This document shows, in pieces, positions 23,213-37,711 of a DNA stretch of 64,000 bases. Source of the DNA: Eledone cirrhosa (Eukaryota); assembly GCA_964016885.1 (NCBI GenBank), contig OZ024744.1, forward strand, positions 44,144,001-44,208,000, given 5' to 3'. Every line of letters starts with the position of its first letter. Positions within the stretch are counted from its first letter, which is position 1. Below the pieces are notes generated by a model. It had not been told where the DNA came from and made no database searches. It saw only the letters and a program-made list of their open reading frames with translations. A program made the position numbers and the translations under genes.

Positions 23213-25704
23213 GTGGAAAGAGACAGGAGTAATTATGAGAGACATAGAAACAACCATGAGGCTGTTGGTGGAAATAGAAATAGAAACAACACAACTAACA
23301 ATAACAATAGCACTAGTACACATAAATCAGCAGCCTGGAACTCTCCGTTTTATAATGCCTCCGATAAATCATTCGACCTGCGACGAGTCCACGCCACGAC
23401 TTTACCATTTAACAAACGCACGCAATTGCCGTCGCAGGTCGATGAACAAACAGAAGCACAATTTAGTATAGCTAGATGCGAACTTAGAAATATTATAGAA
23501 CAGTATAGCAAGAAGCATAATAGAATGGAGGCCCAGCAACTGGGAGAAAAATCTGCAAATGGCTTGCGTAAGCTCATGCAGCGCTCACGTAATGGAGAGA
23601 TAGCATGCTTTCCAACAGACAAGTCTGGCAGAATGTCGGTTGACAGCCTACCAAACTACATCCAGGCAATACAACCCCACATCACTAACACAAGAGAGGT
23701 AACACCACAGGAGCATGAGGATAGAGAAAAAGCCCTCAATGCCCATATGGTGATGTGGACGAATATAATGCAGCCCAACAAAAGGACTGCCAACAACTTC
23801 CAGGCCTGGAATAATGACGTGCCGGCGTTGTATGGGCTTCGAAAAGACCATAAAACGGGCTGTGACCCTGTCGCGGGACCACCAACACGGCCAATCTGTG
23901 GAGCTAACATTGCTAGTAACTACAGACTGTCCTACTTCCTCTCCCTGATCATACGCCCCATCATTGAAATGTCCCCAGATGTATGTGACAGCACGGAGGA
24001 CCTCCTCAGCAGAATCGGCGTGAGTAACCGATCTGGGGACCTAACAAACTGCATAATAGGCAGTATGGATGTTGTGTCCCTGTATCCATCTATTGACGTG
24101 TATTTTGCTGTGGAGAAATGCGTAGAAATGATCAGTGAGAGCAAGGTTGAGTTCCATGGGATTGATACCAGTGAGCTGGGACTTCTACTTAAGCTTACCT
24201 ATAGTAATAGTTACCTAGACACATATGACCTTAGCAACCTGTGCCCTACAAGACCAGCAAGAGGCAGACCACCTACCATTACCTCAATGGCCAAGAAAAC
24301 CCACACAGATAGATGGAACGGGTGGACCAGAGCCATACGGACACCCGAAAACCACAATGAACTGAAGAAAATGATTGCACATGCGGTAGGGGCCAGCATA
24401 AAACTAACCCTTAAGGAACATATGTTCAAATTTAATGGAAAAACATATGCCCAAGAGGAAGGAGCAGCCATTGGTGTTAGCATTGTAGGCGACATAGCTA
24501 ACTTATTCATGGTATGGTGGGACAGTAAACTTAAACTTAAACTTAAAGAACAATTAGAAGACAGCTTAATCCTGATAATGTACTCCCGCTACGTAGATGA
24601 TATAAACATCGTAGTTAAGATACCCCCACTAGAGAACAGTCAGGAACTAGAGAAAAACACAATGGAAAGCATCCAGCAAATAGCAAACTCCATCCACCAG
24701 AGCATTAGAGTTACTATAGACTACCCAAGTAGACACCCCAACAATCGATTAGCTGTACTAGACACAGAGCTCTGGTTAGATACCATTAACAACCAAAAAC
24801 AAATCCTCCAAACCCATGACTTCCAAACATCTCATCCACCGAAATTCGGCCATTTTGGACCATACCAAAATCAACATACTGATTGCGGATTTGGTACGGG
24901 TGATGAGAAATGTGTCCCGCATGTGCAACCCCGAAGAACTAGAGAAACATACAACACTTCATCCACCGTATGCAGTTCTCTGGCTACAATCAGAGAGATA
25001 GAATCAGAGTGTATAGAGGAGCCAGAACCAAATGGGAAAAAATGGTAAATAATGACATAAATGGGACCTGCCCATTGTATAGGAGCAAATTTTGGAATAG
25101 AATAGAAAGAACTAGGAACAAGGCTAATAGAATAAACTCATGGTATGATAGCAATAAATACCAGAGTGTAATGTTCATCGATACAACCCCTAGAAGCGAA
25201 CTAGCCTACAAATTTAGAAGGGCCCTAAATAAACATAAACTCAATATTAAGATATTAGAAAGACCAGGTACCTCCGTAAAAACACTTATTAGCAAGACAT
25301 ACCCTTTTCAAAGACCCTCATGTATAGATAAGAAATGTATAACCTGTAAAATAAGCCCCCATATTAACGGTTAAACTAGAAATGTAGTGTAAAGCATAAG
25401 ATGTACTGAAGGACAATGTAGAAACAAAAATATAGTGTACATAGGTGAGACAGCTCGTAGTATAGGGGAACGGATAAATGAACACTGGCGAGACCTTTAA
25501 GATAATAAAGAATCATCTGTACTCTACCAACATGCTAAGATAGAACACAAAGGTAAATTAGAGAACATAGAAATAAAAATAGAATCTACACACAGAAAAG
25601 ATGCAATGTTAAGACAAATTACAGAGGCAATAAACATAAAGGAATTACAACCAAAATTAAATAGAAAATAAGAGTGGAACAGCAACATCACAACTTACAA
25701 TTAA
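23213..25704 (+). pseudogene. PLE-A reverse transcriptase/GIY-YIG ORF, frameshifted with in-frame stops
   Basis: ORFs 23213-25048, 24816-25001, 24970-25374, then stops within the endonuclease. Confidence 0.88.
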
Positions 25705-25904
25705 GGACAAAATGAAAACACACACACACATAGAACAAACAACCAACCAGTAACATGTAAATAAACAAATAAATAAATGAACATAAACACACACAGACAC
25801 CCGGATGTGGCGCATGCGCAGACTGAGCACACAACACACACACAGAAACAAAATGGCGTAGGACAGAACAAAGGAGAGGCACAGAAACAAAGAAAGGAAT
25901 CCCC

Positions 25905-25949
25905 AGTCACTGAAGAGGTCACAGAGTGTGTGACGAAAGGACTATGACT
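25905..25949 (+). ncRNA. Minimal hammerhead ribozyme in PLE-A pLTR
   Basis: agtca-CTGAAGA g-gtcaca gagtg tgtgac-GAAA-ggac-TA-tgact. Confidence 0.75.
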
Positions 25950-26157
25950 ATATATAAACAACTATCTGGTTGTGGAACCAACCAACCAGAAATTTATAAA
26001 TTTATAAATTTGTAAATTTATAAATATATAATAAATTGAAGTGAAATCTACTGGTGCGTGTGTTTCTTATTGGCAACATGACCCTCCCAAAGTATAACAA
26101 TATCGGTTTCAACACACGATTTCAGATAAAGAATCTTGCTAAACAAATTCAGAAACG

Positions 26158-26196
<39 letters not shown>

Positions 26197-26249
26197 CATA
26201 TATATATACCTGTAAACAGTTATATGTATTTATCTATGCATGTATGTAT

Positions 26250-26282
<33 letters not shown>

Positions 26283-26288
<6 letters not shown>

Positions 26289-27173
26289 ACCCAAGAAGCT
26301 AGATTTACCATCTTTCTAGCGGGTCCGGGTAAGCTTTTTACATTCATATGATTTATTGATTTATTGATATTTTACCTGAGTCACCCGAATCTTACAGATC
26401 GTAATTTTTCAGTCGTATGGTTGATTTTAGACATAATCTATGTGCGTTGGTATTTTAACGATAGTTATAGCTCTGATTTATCTGAATTATTGAGCCCTCT
26501 GCCACTCATATCGAATTTTGTTTATCGTGAACTCGTGCGCCGATTTTTCGATACTCGATTATTCTACTATATTTAGCTCTAGACTTAGCTATTGACCAGT
26601 TAATTGTATTGTTCATTTTTTGTCGATTCTATTAAATGATGAATAGCTCCTGTTTATTTTAACATGTCTATTGAGCACTCTTATTCGATATGTGATTTTC
26701 CACATTTTCCCGAATATTTTTCGCGGATATAGAGGTTATCTCCCTTGCTGAATTCCATGTGCGTTTTCAGCTAGGGTTATGCCTTTTTATTAGTTCGGAC
26801 AAAAGCTCATTGATAAAGTAATTCCTGTCCGCTGCTCCCTAGAAGTCTTATATATTTTTATGTGGGCTGATAGTGGGCGATTTAAGGATTTACAGAAACC
26901 CAAGTAGCTAGATTTACCATCTTTCTAGCGGGTCCGGGTAAGCTTTTTACATTCATATGATTTATTGATTTATTGATATTTTATCTGTGTGACCCGAATC
27001 TTCCAGATCGTAATTTTTCGGTCGTATGGTTGATTTTAGACATAATCTATGTGTGTTGGTATTTTAACGATAGTTATAGCTCTGATTTATCTGAATTATT
27101 GAGACCTCTGCCACTCATATCGAATTTTGTTTATCGTGAACTCGTGCGCCGATTTTTCGATACTCGATTATTC

Positions 27174-27177
<4 letters not shown>
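26283..27177 (+). mobile_element. ~609-bp non-coding monomer element, ~1.5 units
   Basis: Direct repeat 26283/26892 (period 609); same terminal point (ttattctacta) as the 790-1490 copy; in (TA)n. Confidence 0.7.
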
Positions 27178-27245
<68 letters not shown>

Positions 27246-27449
27246 TTACTTATTAAAATAACAGATTAAAGTTTAAGCAAAGAATCGCTGCTTTCACCCT
27301 TAAGGGCATCTTCTGAAACTAACAATGTTAATCTGTAAACGCAGAAGTGGATATTTCAGAAAACGTTGCAACCGGAGGAAGACAGGAAGACGATACTTTG
27401 GTTCATGGAAACGTTCTGTGGCAAAGAACGAGGAAAAAACGAATATAAT

Positions 27450-27567
27450 TGTTTCTACTTTAGGCACAAGGCCAGCAATTATCCAGTGCATTACTGGTAC
27501 TTTATTTTATCGACCCCGTAAGGATGAAAGGCAAAGTCAACCTCGGCGAGATTTGAACTCAGATCGT
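27450..27567 (-). mobile_element. 5'-truncated SINE with target-site duplication
   Basis: Absent from the mirrored pLTR; flanked by duplicated aaaacgaatataat. Confidence 0.85.
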
Positions 27568-27999
27568 AAAAACGAATATAATACGTCATTAATAGGAGCG
27601 GTGAAAAACAATTACACGCAAAGACAGAACCACGTTCATGGTATAAAAGAAGTCGTAGACTAATGTTCTCTTAGGTGGTTCATAGAGACGTTCTCTGGCA
27701 AAGAACGGAAAAAACGAAGATAATACGTCATATGTGGAGCGTAGAGAACAATTGCACGGAAAGTTAAAACCACGTAAATGGTATAACTGAAGTCGTAGAC
27801 TAAAATTCTAACTAGGAAACCGATTGATTCTCCGCTTTAGTGTTAAGAATAAAGTAAATAAAATACAATACAGAGGTAATTGATATTAAATAAATACATA
27901 CACGCATCCAAATACGTACATACACAGGCATACGCGAAAACACTCGCCATAGGTATACAAACCACGCAGATATAAATATGTGTGTGTGTGTGTGTGTGT

Positions 28000-29019
28000 G
28001 TCTTCTTTAAAGGCTTCAACCTCTCTATACAGGTTGAGGCCAACCTCTCGGTCGTTAATTACCTCGACGTTACCCTCAATTTATCGAATGGCTTGTATTA
28101 CCCGTATAGAAAGCCGAATGATACGCTTAATTACATAAGTAAGTATTCCAACCATCCTGCCAGCATAACCAAGAACCTGGTAAGAAACGTTTCGTTGAGG
28201 CTTTCCCGTCTATCTACTAACGAGCATATTTTCAACGACCATTCCACTTATTACAATGAAGCTCTTGCTCGGAGTGGATTTGTCGATAAGGTAGCATATA
28301 CAGAGTACGAGAATAGACCTTGAAGAAATAGATCCCGTCGCATTATATGGTATAACCCACCATATAATATGGAGGTGGCCACACCATTAGCTAAGAACTT
28401 TCTATCCCTTATTACGAAGCATTTTCCCCCTACACATAAATATAGTAAAATCTTTAATAGAAATACTATTAAAATGTCTTACTCTACGACTCCTAACCTT
28501 GCACATAACATCACAGCTTCAAATTTAGCTAAATTACCTTGCCGTAGGAACACATGCAACCCTGTAGTTAGTACTAACTGTAATTGTAGGAATCGGGTTG
28601 TTTGCCCCCTATCCAAGAAATGCCTCTCTAGTAACATTGTCTACAAATGTAAGGTTGAAACACCCACGTCCCGTAGGGCCTACATAGGGTTAACCGCCAA
28701 TAGATTCAAGCAGCGTCTTTACATGCATACCCATTCTTTTCGTTACCCTCTAAGAAGGAATATGACGTCACTTTCAGCTTATATCTGGAGTCTAAAAGAC
28801 AACCACACCCAATATAAGTTACACTGGGAGATCCTAGCTAGGGCTAGATCGTATAAAGGAAAAATAAGACCATGTGACCTCTGCGCCGCTGAGGCCCTGA
28901 AAATACTCTACGCCACAGACCACATCTTAAACAAAAAATCTGAGGCAATTTCGGCTTGTAAACATAAATTGCACAGAACTTTTCTGTATTACAGCCCCAC
29001 ATTATACCCTAACGGTTAG
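28000..29019 (+). pseudogene. PLE-B RT C-terminus + GIY-YIG endonuclease (stop at 28321)
   Basis: ORFs 27982-28323 and 28369-29019 in the same frame. Confidence 0.85.
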
Positions 29020-30117
29020 TACGATCTATACGTGGATATTTTACGTCTTGATGTGGTAGCTAAATATATGTTATGTTTATACCATTACTTATTTGCATAG
29101 GTAAGTATATATTACCTGTATGTTTTGTGAAGGTACGTATACTTTCTCGTACGTATATTTAATTGTATATGTTATGGCGTATATTTGTATATATTCTGGT
29201 ACATATGCTTTTGGTTATGTGTATACGGGAGTTTTGCAACTGTGTAAGTATGCGGGTTCGTACGTATGTTGGGTCTGTGTATATGTGTACTTCGTGTTTT
29301 GGTTGACGTAGTCTCCGAACATTTGTGTATTTACATGTAAGTATGTGTGTGCGCTTGTTATATACGTATTTATTTATTTATATACGTTTATTTAATTACT
29401 TATTTATTTGTATACACGCACACACACACACACACATATTTATATGTGCATGGTTTGTATACCTATGGCGAGTGTTTTCGCGTATGCCTGTGTATGAACG
29501 TATTTGGATGCGTGTATGTATTTATTTAATATCAATTACCTCTGTATTGTATTTTATTTACTTTATTCTTAACTCTAAAGCGGAGAATCAATCGGTTTCC
29601 TAGTTAGAATTTTAGTCTACGACTTCTGCTATACCATTTACGTGGTTTTGACTTTGCGTGCAATTGTTCTCCACGCTCCACATATGACGTATTATCTTCG
29701 TTTTTTCCGTTCTTTGCCAGAGAACGTCTCTATGAACCACCTAAGAGAACATTAGTCTACGACTTCTTTTATACCATAAACGTGGTTCTGTCTTTGTGCG
29801 TAATTGTTTTCCACCGCTTCTATTAATGACGTATTATATTCGTTTTTTCCCCGTTCTTTGCCATTGAAAGTTTCCACGAACCAAAGTATCGTCTTCCTGT
29901 CTTCCTCCGGTTGCAACGTTTTTTGAAATATCGACTTCTGCGTTTACAGATTGACTTTGTTAGTTTCAGAAGATCCCGTTAAGGGTGAAAGCAGCGATTC
30001 TTTGCTTAAACTTTAACGTTATTTTAATAAATATTTGCTCTACGGTTCTTATATATTTGATATATATTTATCCTTATCGAGCCCTCTTTGGATTTTAGTC
30101 TTCAAATTCATTATTAT

Positions 30118-30163
<46 letters not shown>

Positions 30164-30196
30164 ATAATATATATAGTAATAATATATATATATATA

Positions 30197-30660
30197 GTAC
30201 TAAGAGTGGGAAATGAAATTTCGTTTCATTTTTTCCGTTTATCGTTTTCGGTGCACCCAGCCGATTAACCCACTCGATATGCAAATTGGGCTACTCAGCC
30301 GTTAATATGCATAAGGTAAGTATATACGTTCAACAATCTGGCAGGAAGGTATACGTTGCTGACGATAGCTAATAAGCTTGAAACTAGTACAGCGTTCCAT
30401 TATCAGTGTTGAACAAACGAGCAACGATGGTTGCTGGACACTACGGCTTAATACGGGATGTTTGTTTACAAACACACCGAGCATTATAATAAATTTTCGG
30501 TGAATCCATACGTACATATATATGTGTGTGCATGTATGTATATATATATACATACTACTGTACGTCAGTATACATATATGTATGTAAGTGTTCATACTTA
30601 TATTTAAGTAACAGCCGTACTAAGAGTGGGAAATGAAATTTCGTTTCATTTTTCCCGTTT
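30197..30660 (+). mobile_element. Retrozyme-like 420-bp HHR monomer (~1.1 units), distant relative of 467 family
   Basis: ~45-bp hairpin-containing direct repeat at 30197 and 30617; HHR inside; embedded in (TA)n. Confidence 0.8.
30353..30395 (+). ncRNA. Type I hammerhead ribozyme (420 family)
   Basis: acgttg-CTGACGA-t agct aata agct t-GAAA-ctag-TA-cagcgt. Confidence 0.8.
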
Positions 30661-30685
30661 ATATATATATAAATATATATATATA

Positions 30686-30831
<146 letters not shown>

Positions 30832-30836
30832 ATATA

Positions 30837-32900
30837 TCATTAACTATAAAAGGCAGATTTTTGTGTCTGTATGTATGTTTCAATTTTATACATTTACACA
30901 ATTCCAAAATTATTGAATGAATAATTAAGCAGAATGTTTACAAATATTCTAACTTGGGTCATGGGCGAACTTATTGGGTAAAAAATGCCACAATTACGCA
31001 AAAATCGATTTATTTCAACAATCGATGATTTCTCCTCTCTCATATGATATACGTTTCGTATATGTACTCCCTTCATCACCTCCCCTTAAAATTGCTACCT
31101 TCTCTTATAAGTGTTTGTGAAAAAGAGAAACATTGAAAAAAAAGATATACACACATATATGTGGGTGCATACACACACATATATGTTGGTATGGTTACGA
31201 TTGACGTCATAGAAACAGGAACGCGGGAATTTCAATCAATCAACGCATACACAGTTTGTTTTAGCTCCATTTCGAAGCTGACTTTCATTTACTAAACTGT
31301 AAGTTTTTCAATCGGCCTTACACTTTCAAACTATATTTTTCAGTATAAGTAACTTTAACCCTTTATTTTCGACATAAAATACACACATACATACAAATAC
31401 CTATAAAATTTTTTGGGGGGGCCTTTGTTATCAATCTTTTTACATTCAATTATCAGCCTTATCCTTTCAAAGTCAATTTTTATGTTGAAGTAACTTTCAC
31501 AATTTATTTTTCGATACCCATTTACTTACTAACATTTGTATCACAACAACAATAACAATATTCATAAACAGACAGTAGACTTTCAAAGTCAATTTTTCTG
31601 TAGAAGTAACTTTCACCCTTTCTTTTGGACATAAAATGTCACCTAAAAAGATAAGTCGCCTCAGTCGACATACCGCGTCAGCAGTGACGCAAAAGGCTAC
31701 TATAGCAAACGAGTCCTCTGAGGAAAATGCTTCAAGACTTTCACAGACAGCCTTACGTTTAGCAGAATGTCGAGCCGCTGAAAGTTTCCAACAGCGCACC
31801 GCACGCCTAGCCAAAATGTCTTCATACCAGGCTTCTTCCAGGGCTTCAGAGAGCCGGGAACAAAGGTCGAAGCGCCTGGCTAGAAACGATGCGACTAATG
31901 CTGCTTCCAGGTCTTTGGAACGTTTAAAACAACGGACGGCTCGCCTTCCTACGAACGCTGCGGCTATGACTACTTCCATGGCTTCTGAAGATGCAGACGG
32001 GCGGTCCATTAGCATTGCAAATGTTGCTTCTGCTATTGCTGCCTGACCTTCCTACCAACCACACGACCAATGTTCTACGTTCATGCGTAATAGTCGACGG
32101 CGAGAAGCTGCACGCGGTGTGACGAGCGCCAACAGCCCTTACTGGCACCTACAGGCTTTCAAGTATGAGCAAAACGTTAATTACTCGATGCGCTCTGGCA
32201 TAAATATAGGCGAGATGCGCTTCAATTGCCAATTCTGCAATGCTACAAAGTGGGCTAGGGAGCCACCTGCAATGTGCTGCTAAAACGGTAAGGTCACCTT
32301 GCCCCCTCTTCCTGCGAATGACAAGGGCGGCATAGCAATCGACACCCTGTGCAACATTGTGAGCAGCCCTTCTGACCTTTGGGAAGCAGTTTTTCCTAAT
32401 GTCTCATCTAGCTTTAAAAACCTCGATTGGCTCAGCGAAAGAGCCATCCTTGCTCCGAAAAATACCATGGTTTATTTTATTAACGAGCAGCTGATTGAGA
32501 AGATTCCCGGTAAAGAGCACATCTTCAAATCAGACCCCGACGATATCGTTAATTATCCAGTTGAGTTATTAAATCTCCTTGAGCCCCCAGGGCTCCCACC
32601 TCACATTATTAAGCTTAGGGTTGGCTGTCCCATTATGCTAATAAGGAACTTGCGTCCACCAAAGCAGTGCAACGGTACTCGCATGGTCGTCAAGTCACTG
32701 ACACCCACTTGATTGAGGCCACCATTGTAACGGGGTGCGGAAGAGGGGAGAATGTTTTCATTCCAAGGATGAACCTTTTCCCCTCGGCGTCAGATATCCC
32801 GTTCGATTTCCGGCGATCCCAATTCCCGGTGAGGCCATTTTTTGCCATGTCCATTAACAAGTCACAAGGGCAAACATTGTCGGTGGCGGTCATCCATGTC
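30837..32900 (+). mobile_element. Helitron-2, internally deleted
   Basis: A|TCattaactataaaaggcagatttttgtgtctgt 5' end; N-terminal ORF 31636; CQFCNATKW..E....CC; joined directly to helicase C-terminus (WLSERAILAPKN, CNGTR, FAMSINKSQGQTL). Confidence 0.85.
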
Positions 32901-33216
32901 ATATTTACAAAAATATTTTTCTAATATCGTGTTTAATATTTTATATTGTCGTCTGCTTCTCGTCCATTTCATCACATGTGGTTACTTACTGTCTCACTCT
33001 CTCTTTCTTTCCCCTCTCACACAACCTCTTCTTTCACTCTCTTTTTCCAGTCCCTTCTCTCACACAGCCTTATCTCTCTCTCTACCCCTTCCGCTTACTT
33101 TTTTGTCTCCTTCTTTCTGTTGCTGTTTCCCTCCTACAGACATTTTCTCTCTTTCTTTCCCCTCTCACACAGACTCTTCTTTCTCTCTCTTTTTGCCAGT
33201 GCCTTCTCTCACACAG

Positions 33217-33285
<69 letters not shown>

Positions 33286-33299
33286 CTCCGCTTCCTTTT

Positions 33300-34712
33300 T
33301 TGTCTAAATTTGTCCTTCTAAATTTGTAAGCTAATTTACCTCTAGGGATTGTATCGATGAACATTTACACTCTGGTATTTATTGCTATCATACCATGAGT
33401 TTAGTCTATTAGTCTTATTCCTAAACATACTGATTGCGGATTTGGTATGGGTGATGAGAAACGTGTCCCGCATGTGCAACCCCGAAGAACTAGAGAGACA
33501 CATACAACACTTCATCCACCGTATGCAGTTCTCTGGTTACAATCAGAGAGTTAAAATCAGAGTGTATAGAGGAGCCAGAACCAAATGGGAAAAAATGGTA
33601 AATAATGACGCAAATGGGACCTGCCCCTTGTATAGGAGCAAATTTTGGAATAGAATAGAAAGAACTAGGAATAAGACTAATAGAATAAACTCATGGTATG
33701 ATAGCAATAAATACCAGAGTGTAATGTTCATCGATACAACCCCTAGAGGTGAATTAGCTTACAAATTTAGAAGGGCCCTAGACAAACATAAACTCAATAT
33801 TAAGATAGTAGAAAGACCAGGTACCTCCGTAAAAACACTTATTAGCAAGACATACCCTTTTCAAAGACCCCCCACCCACTCTGTATAGATAAGAAATGTA
33901 TAACCTGTAAATTAAGCCCCCATATTAACTGTAAAACTAGAAATGTAGTGTATAGCATGAGATGTACTGAAGGACAATGTAGAGACAAAAATATAGTGTA
34001 CATAGGTGAGACAGCTCCTAGTGTAGGGGAACGGATAAATGAACACTGGCAAGACCTTCAAAATAGTAAAGAATCATCTGTACTCTACCAACATGCTAAA
34101 ATAAAACATAAGGGTAAATTAGAGAACATAGAAATAAAAATAGAATCTACACACAGAAAAGACGCAATGTTTAGACAAATCACAGAGGCAATAAACATAA
34201 AAGAATTACAACCAAAATTAAATAGAAAATATGAGTGGAACAGCAACATCACAACTTACAATTAAGGACAAAATGAAAACACACACACACACATAGAACA
34301 AACAACCAGCCGGTAACATGTAAATAAACAAATAAATAAACGAATATAAACACACACAGACACCCGGATGTGGCGCATGCGCAGACTGAGCACACAGCAC
34401 ACACACAGAAACAAAATGCGTAGGACAGGACAAAGGAGAGGCGCAAAAACAAAGAAAAGAATCCCCAGTCACTGAAGAGGTCACAGAATGTGTGACGAAA
34501 GAACTTTGACAATATATAAACAACAATCTGGTTGTGGAACCAACCAGAAATTTATAAATTCCTAAATTTATAAATTTATTATAATAAATTGAAGTGTAAA
34601 GACCTGGTGCGTGTGTTTCTTATTGGCAACATGACCCTCCCAAAGTATAACAATATCGGTTTCAACACACGATTTCAGATAAAGAATCTTGCTAAACAAA
34701 TTCAGAAACGAA
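33300..34712 (+). mobile_element. PLE-A 5'-truncated copy with 5' inversion
   Basis: 33424-34712 matches 24870-26160; ~33312-33423 is an inverted copy of ~33665-33775; GIY-YIG ORF 33948-34265. Confidence 0.88.
34467..34511 (+). ncRNA. Minimal hammerhead ribozyme in PLE-A pLTR
   Basis: gtca-CTGAAGA g-gtcaca..tgtgac-GAAA-gaac-TT-tgac. Confidence 0.65.
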
Positions 34713-34717
34713 ATATA

Positions 34718-34890
34718 TATGTATTATTATATATGTATTATTATATATGTATTATTATATATGTATTATTATATATGTATTATTATATATGTATTATTAT
34801 ATATGTATTATTATATATGTATTATTATATATGTATTATTATATATGTATTATTATATATGTATTATTATATATGTATTATTATATATGT
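34718..34890. repeat. 14-bp tandem repeat (gtattattatatat)n
   Basis: ~12 copies. Confidence 0.9.
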
Positions 34891-34989
34891 CAAAGGTATG
34901 GATACATATATAATAATATATGTATCCATACCTTTGACATTGTCTCACTATATCACACACCCCTTACCCTTGCTCATCTTTCAAATGTT

Positions 34990-36152
34990 CATGTATGTAT
35001 TTGTGTATATGTATATTTGTGTACGTCGCCATATATGTATGTATGTATGTGTGTATATGTATATTTGTGTACGTCGCCATATATGCATGTATGTATTTGT
35101 GTATATGTATATTTGTGTACGTCGCCATATATGTATGTATGTATGTGTATGTATATTTGTGTACGTCGCCATATATGCATGCCTGTATTTGTGTATATGT
35201 ATATTTGTGTACGTCGCCATATATGTATGTATGTATGTATATGTATATTTGTGTACGTCGCCATATATGCATGTATGTATTTGTGTATATGTATATTTGT
35301 GTACGTCGCCATATATGTATGTATTTGTGTATATGTATATTTGTGTACGTTGCCATATATGTATGTATGTATATGTATATTTGTGTACGTCGCCATATAT
35401 GTATGTATGTATTTGTGTATATGTATATTTGTGTACGTCGCCATATATGTATGTATGTATTTGTGTATATGTATATTTGTGTACGTCGCCATATATGTAT
35501 GTATGTATTTGTGTATATGTATATTTGTGTACGTCGCCATATATGTATGTATTTGTGTATATGTATATTTGTGTACGTTGCCATATATGTATGTATGTAT
35601 TTGTGTATATGTATATTTGTGTACGTCGCCATATATGTATGTATTTGTGTATATGTATATTTGTGTACGTTGCCATATATGTATGTATGTATATGTATAT
35701 TTGTGTACGTCGCCATATATGTATGTATGTATTTGTGTATATGTATATTTGTGTACGTCGCCATATATGTATGTATGTATTTGTGTATATGTATATTTGT
35801 GTACGTCGCCATATATGCATGTATGTATGTGTGTATATGTATATTTGTGTACGTCGCCATATATGTATGTATTTGTGTATATGTATATTTGTGTACGTCG
35901 CCATATATGCATGTATGTATGTGTGTATATGTATATTTGTGTACGTCGCCATATATGTATGTATTTGTGTATATGTATATTTGTGTACGTCGCCATATAT
36001 GCATGTATGTATGTGTGTATATGTATATTTGTGTACGTCGCCATATATGTATGTATTTGTGTATATGTATATTTGTGTACGTCGCCATATATGTATGTAT
36101 TTGTGTATATGTATATTTGTGTACGTCGCCATATATGTATGTATGTATTTGT
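34990..36152. repeat. 44-48-bp minisatellite (~25 copies)
   Basis: tatttgtgtatatgtatatttgtgtacgtcgccatatatgtatg(tatg). Confidence 0.95.
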
Positions 36153-36654
36153 GTGTACTGTGTGTGTTTAGCCCTAACTTTTTATGTATATGTATATCTT
36201 GCTTTTCTATGAGTGTGTTTTTTGTGTTTTAATTTAGTTTTTTGTTTCTTCGCCTTTTGTTTATGTTTTTTGTCTTTACCTCCGGAAGTGTGCATGCTTG
36301 TTTTTATTTCATTTTTATTATTATTTTTATTTTTATTTTTATTCTTATTTTATATTTATTTTTGATCATTTTATGTTTGTTTTTATTCATTTATAATTTA
36401 TATATTTTTTTTTTTGCATAAGGTTATTTATTTTAATTTTATTATTTTTATTTTTATCTTTAATTTTTATTATATTATTTTACCATTTCATTTTTATATT
36501 TTAATGTATGTATATATTCTTATTTATATGTGCGTATATAGTCGTCTATCAACTACTAAATACCTATTTTACTTCTACCTTCATTTATGTATACGTGTTT
36601 TCATATGCGTACATACACATATTCTTTACTATACACATGCAATTGTATATGTAG

Positions 36655-37218
36655 ATTTATCTATGCATGTATGTATATATAAAATATTGCCATATTTACA
36701 AAAATATTTTTCAATATCGTGTTTAATATTTTATCTTGTCGTCTGCTTCTCTTCTCACAACATGTGGTTACTTACTGTCTCACTCTCTCTTTCTTTCCCC
36801 TCTCACACAGCCTCTTCTTTCTCTCTCTTTTTGCCAGTCCCTTCTCTCACACAGCCTTCTCTCTCTCAACCTTTTTTCTTTGTCTCTTTCTTTCTGTCGC
36901 TGTTTCCCTCCTATAGACATTCTCTCTCTTTCTTTTTCTGTCCCTCTCTCTCTTCTACTCTACACTTTCTACTTCCTTCCCTTTCTCAACCGCATTCCTG
37001 CTTACGGCAGTTCTAATGGAGATGTTTTAACGCAAAGACACACAAGTATTAGAAACATGGCGATTATCACATTGAAAGTAACAATTATGCAATAATAGTT
37101 GTTATTGACACGTCTCGCATCCTCCTTTGGTAATGTGTAACATTTTAGCGAGATCGATGAACAATACGCAAGTTATAATACTTTACACAGACAGACAGAA
37201 CGGGACTTCTATAGTAGA
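36655..37218 (-). mobile_element. Helitron-1 5' terminal module with A|TC junction at 37218
   Basis: Minus strand a|TCtactatagaagtcccgttctgtctgtctgtg; homologous to 9750-10327. Confidence 0.75.
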
Positions 37219-37374
37219 TATACCTCCCTACCAACCCACCTATCTCAAAACTTTCTACAGCGTCCATCTTATGACGTCACACACCCTACTCCTACTGTCA
37301 CTGTTGTCTGTACTCTTCTTACTACCACAGCTCTCTCCCACCAACACTGCCAAAGTGAGATATGTATGTGTATG

Positions 37375-37657
<283 letters not shown>

Positions 37658-37711
37658 GGCTGTATGTTTGCTTAGGGTTGAAGAGTATTCGCTTCTAAAA
37701 GGTTCTGTAAA

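Larger units (their letters stand above)
27250..30030 (+). mobile_element. Penelope-like element family B, 5'-truncated, with inverted pLTRs
   Basis: RT thumb + GIY-YIG (NYLDVTLNL, YRKPND, WYNPPY, AYIGLTANRFKQR); 27250-27990 is an inverted copy of ~29420-30030. Confidence 0.88.

Noticed and set aside
25321-25704. Possible selenocysteine recoding in PLE-A (reported for some Naiad elements)
   Set aside because: The in-frame stops here are TAA, not TGA at Cys positions, and the second copy has ordinary codons at those sites.
34589-36232. 350-550 aa ORFs in six frames; CRISPR-like periodicity
   Set aside because: Stop-free minisatellite with no unique spacers, no cas genes and a eukaryotic context.
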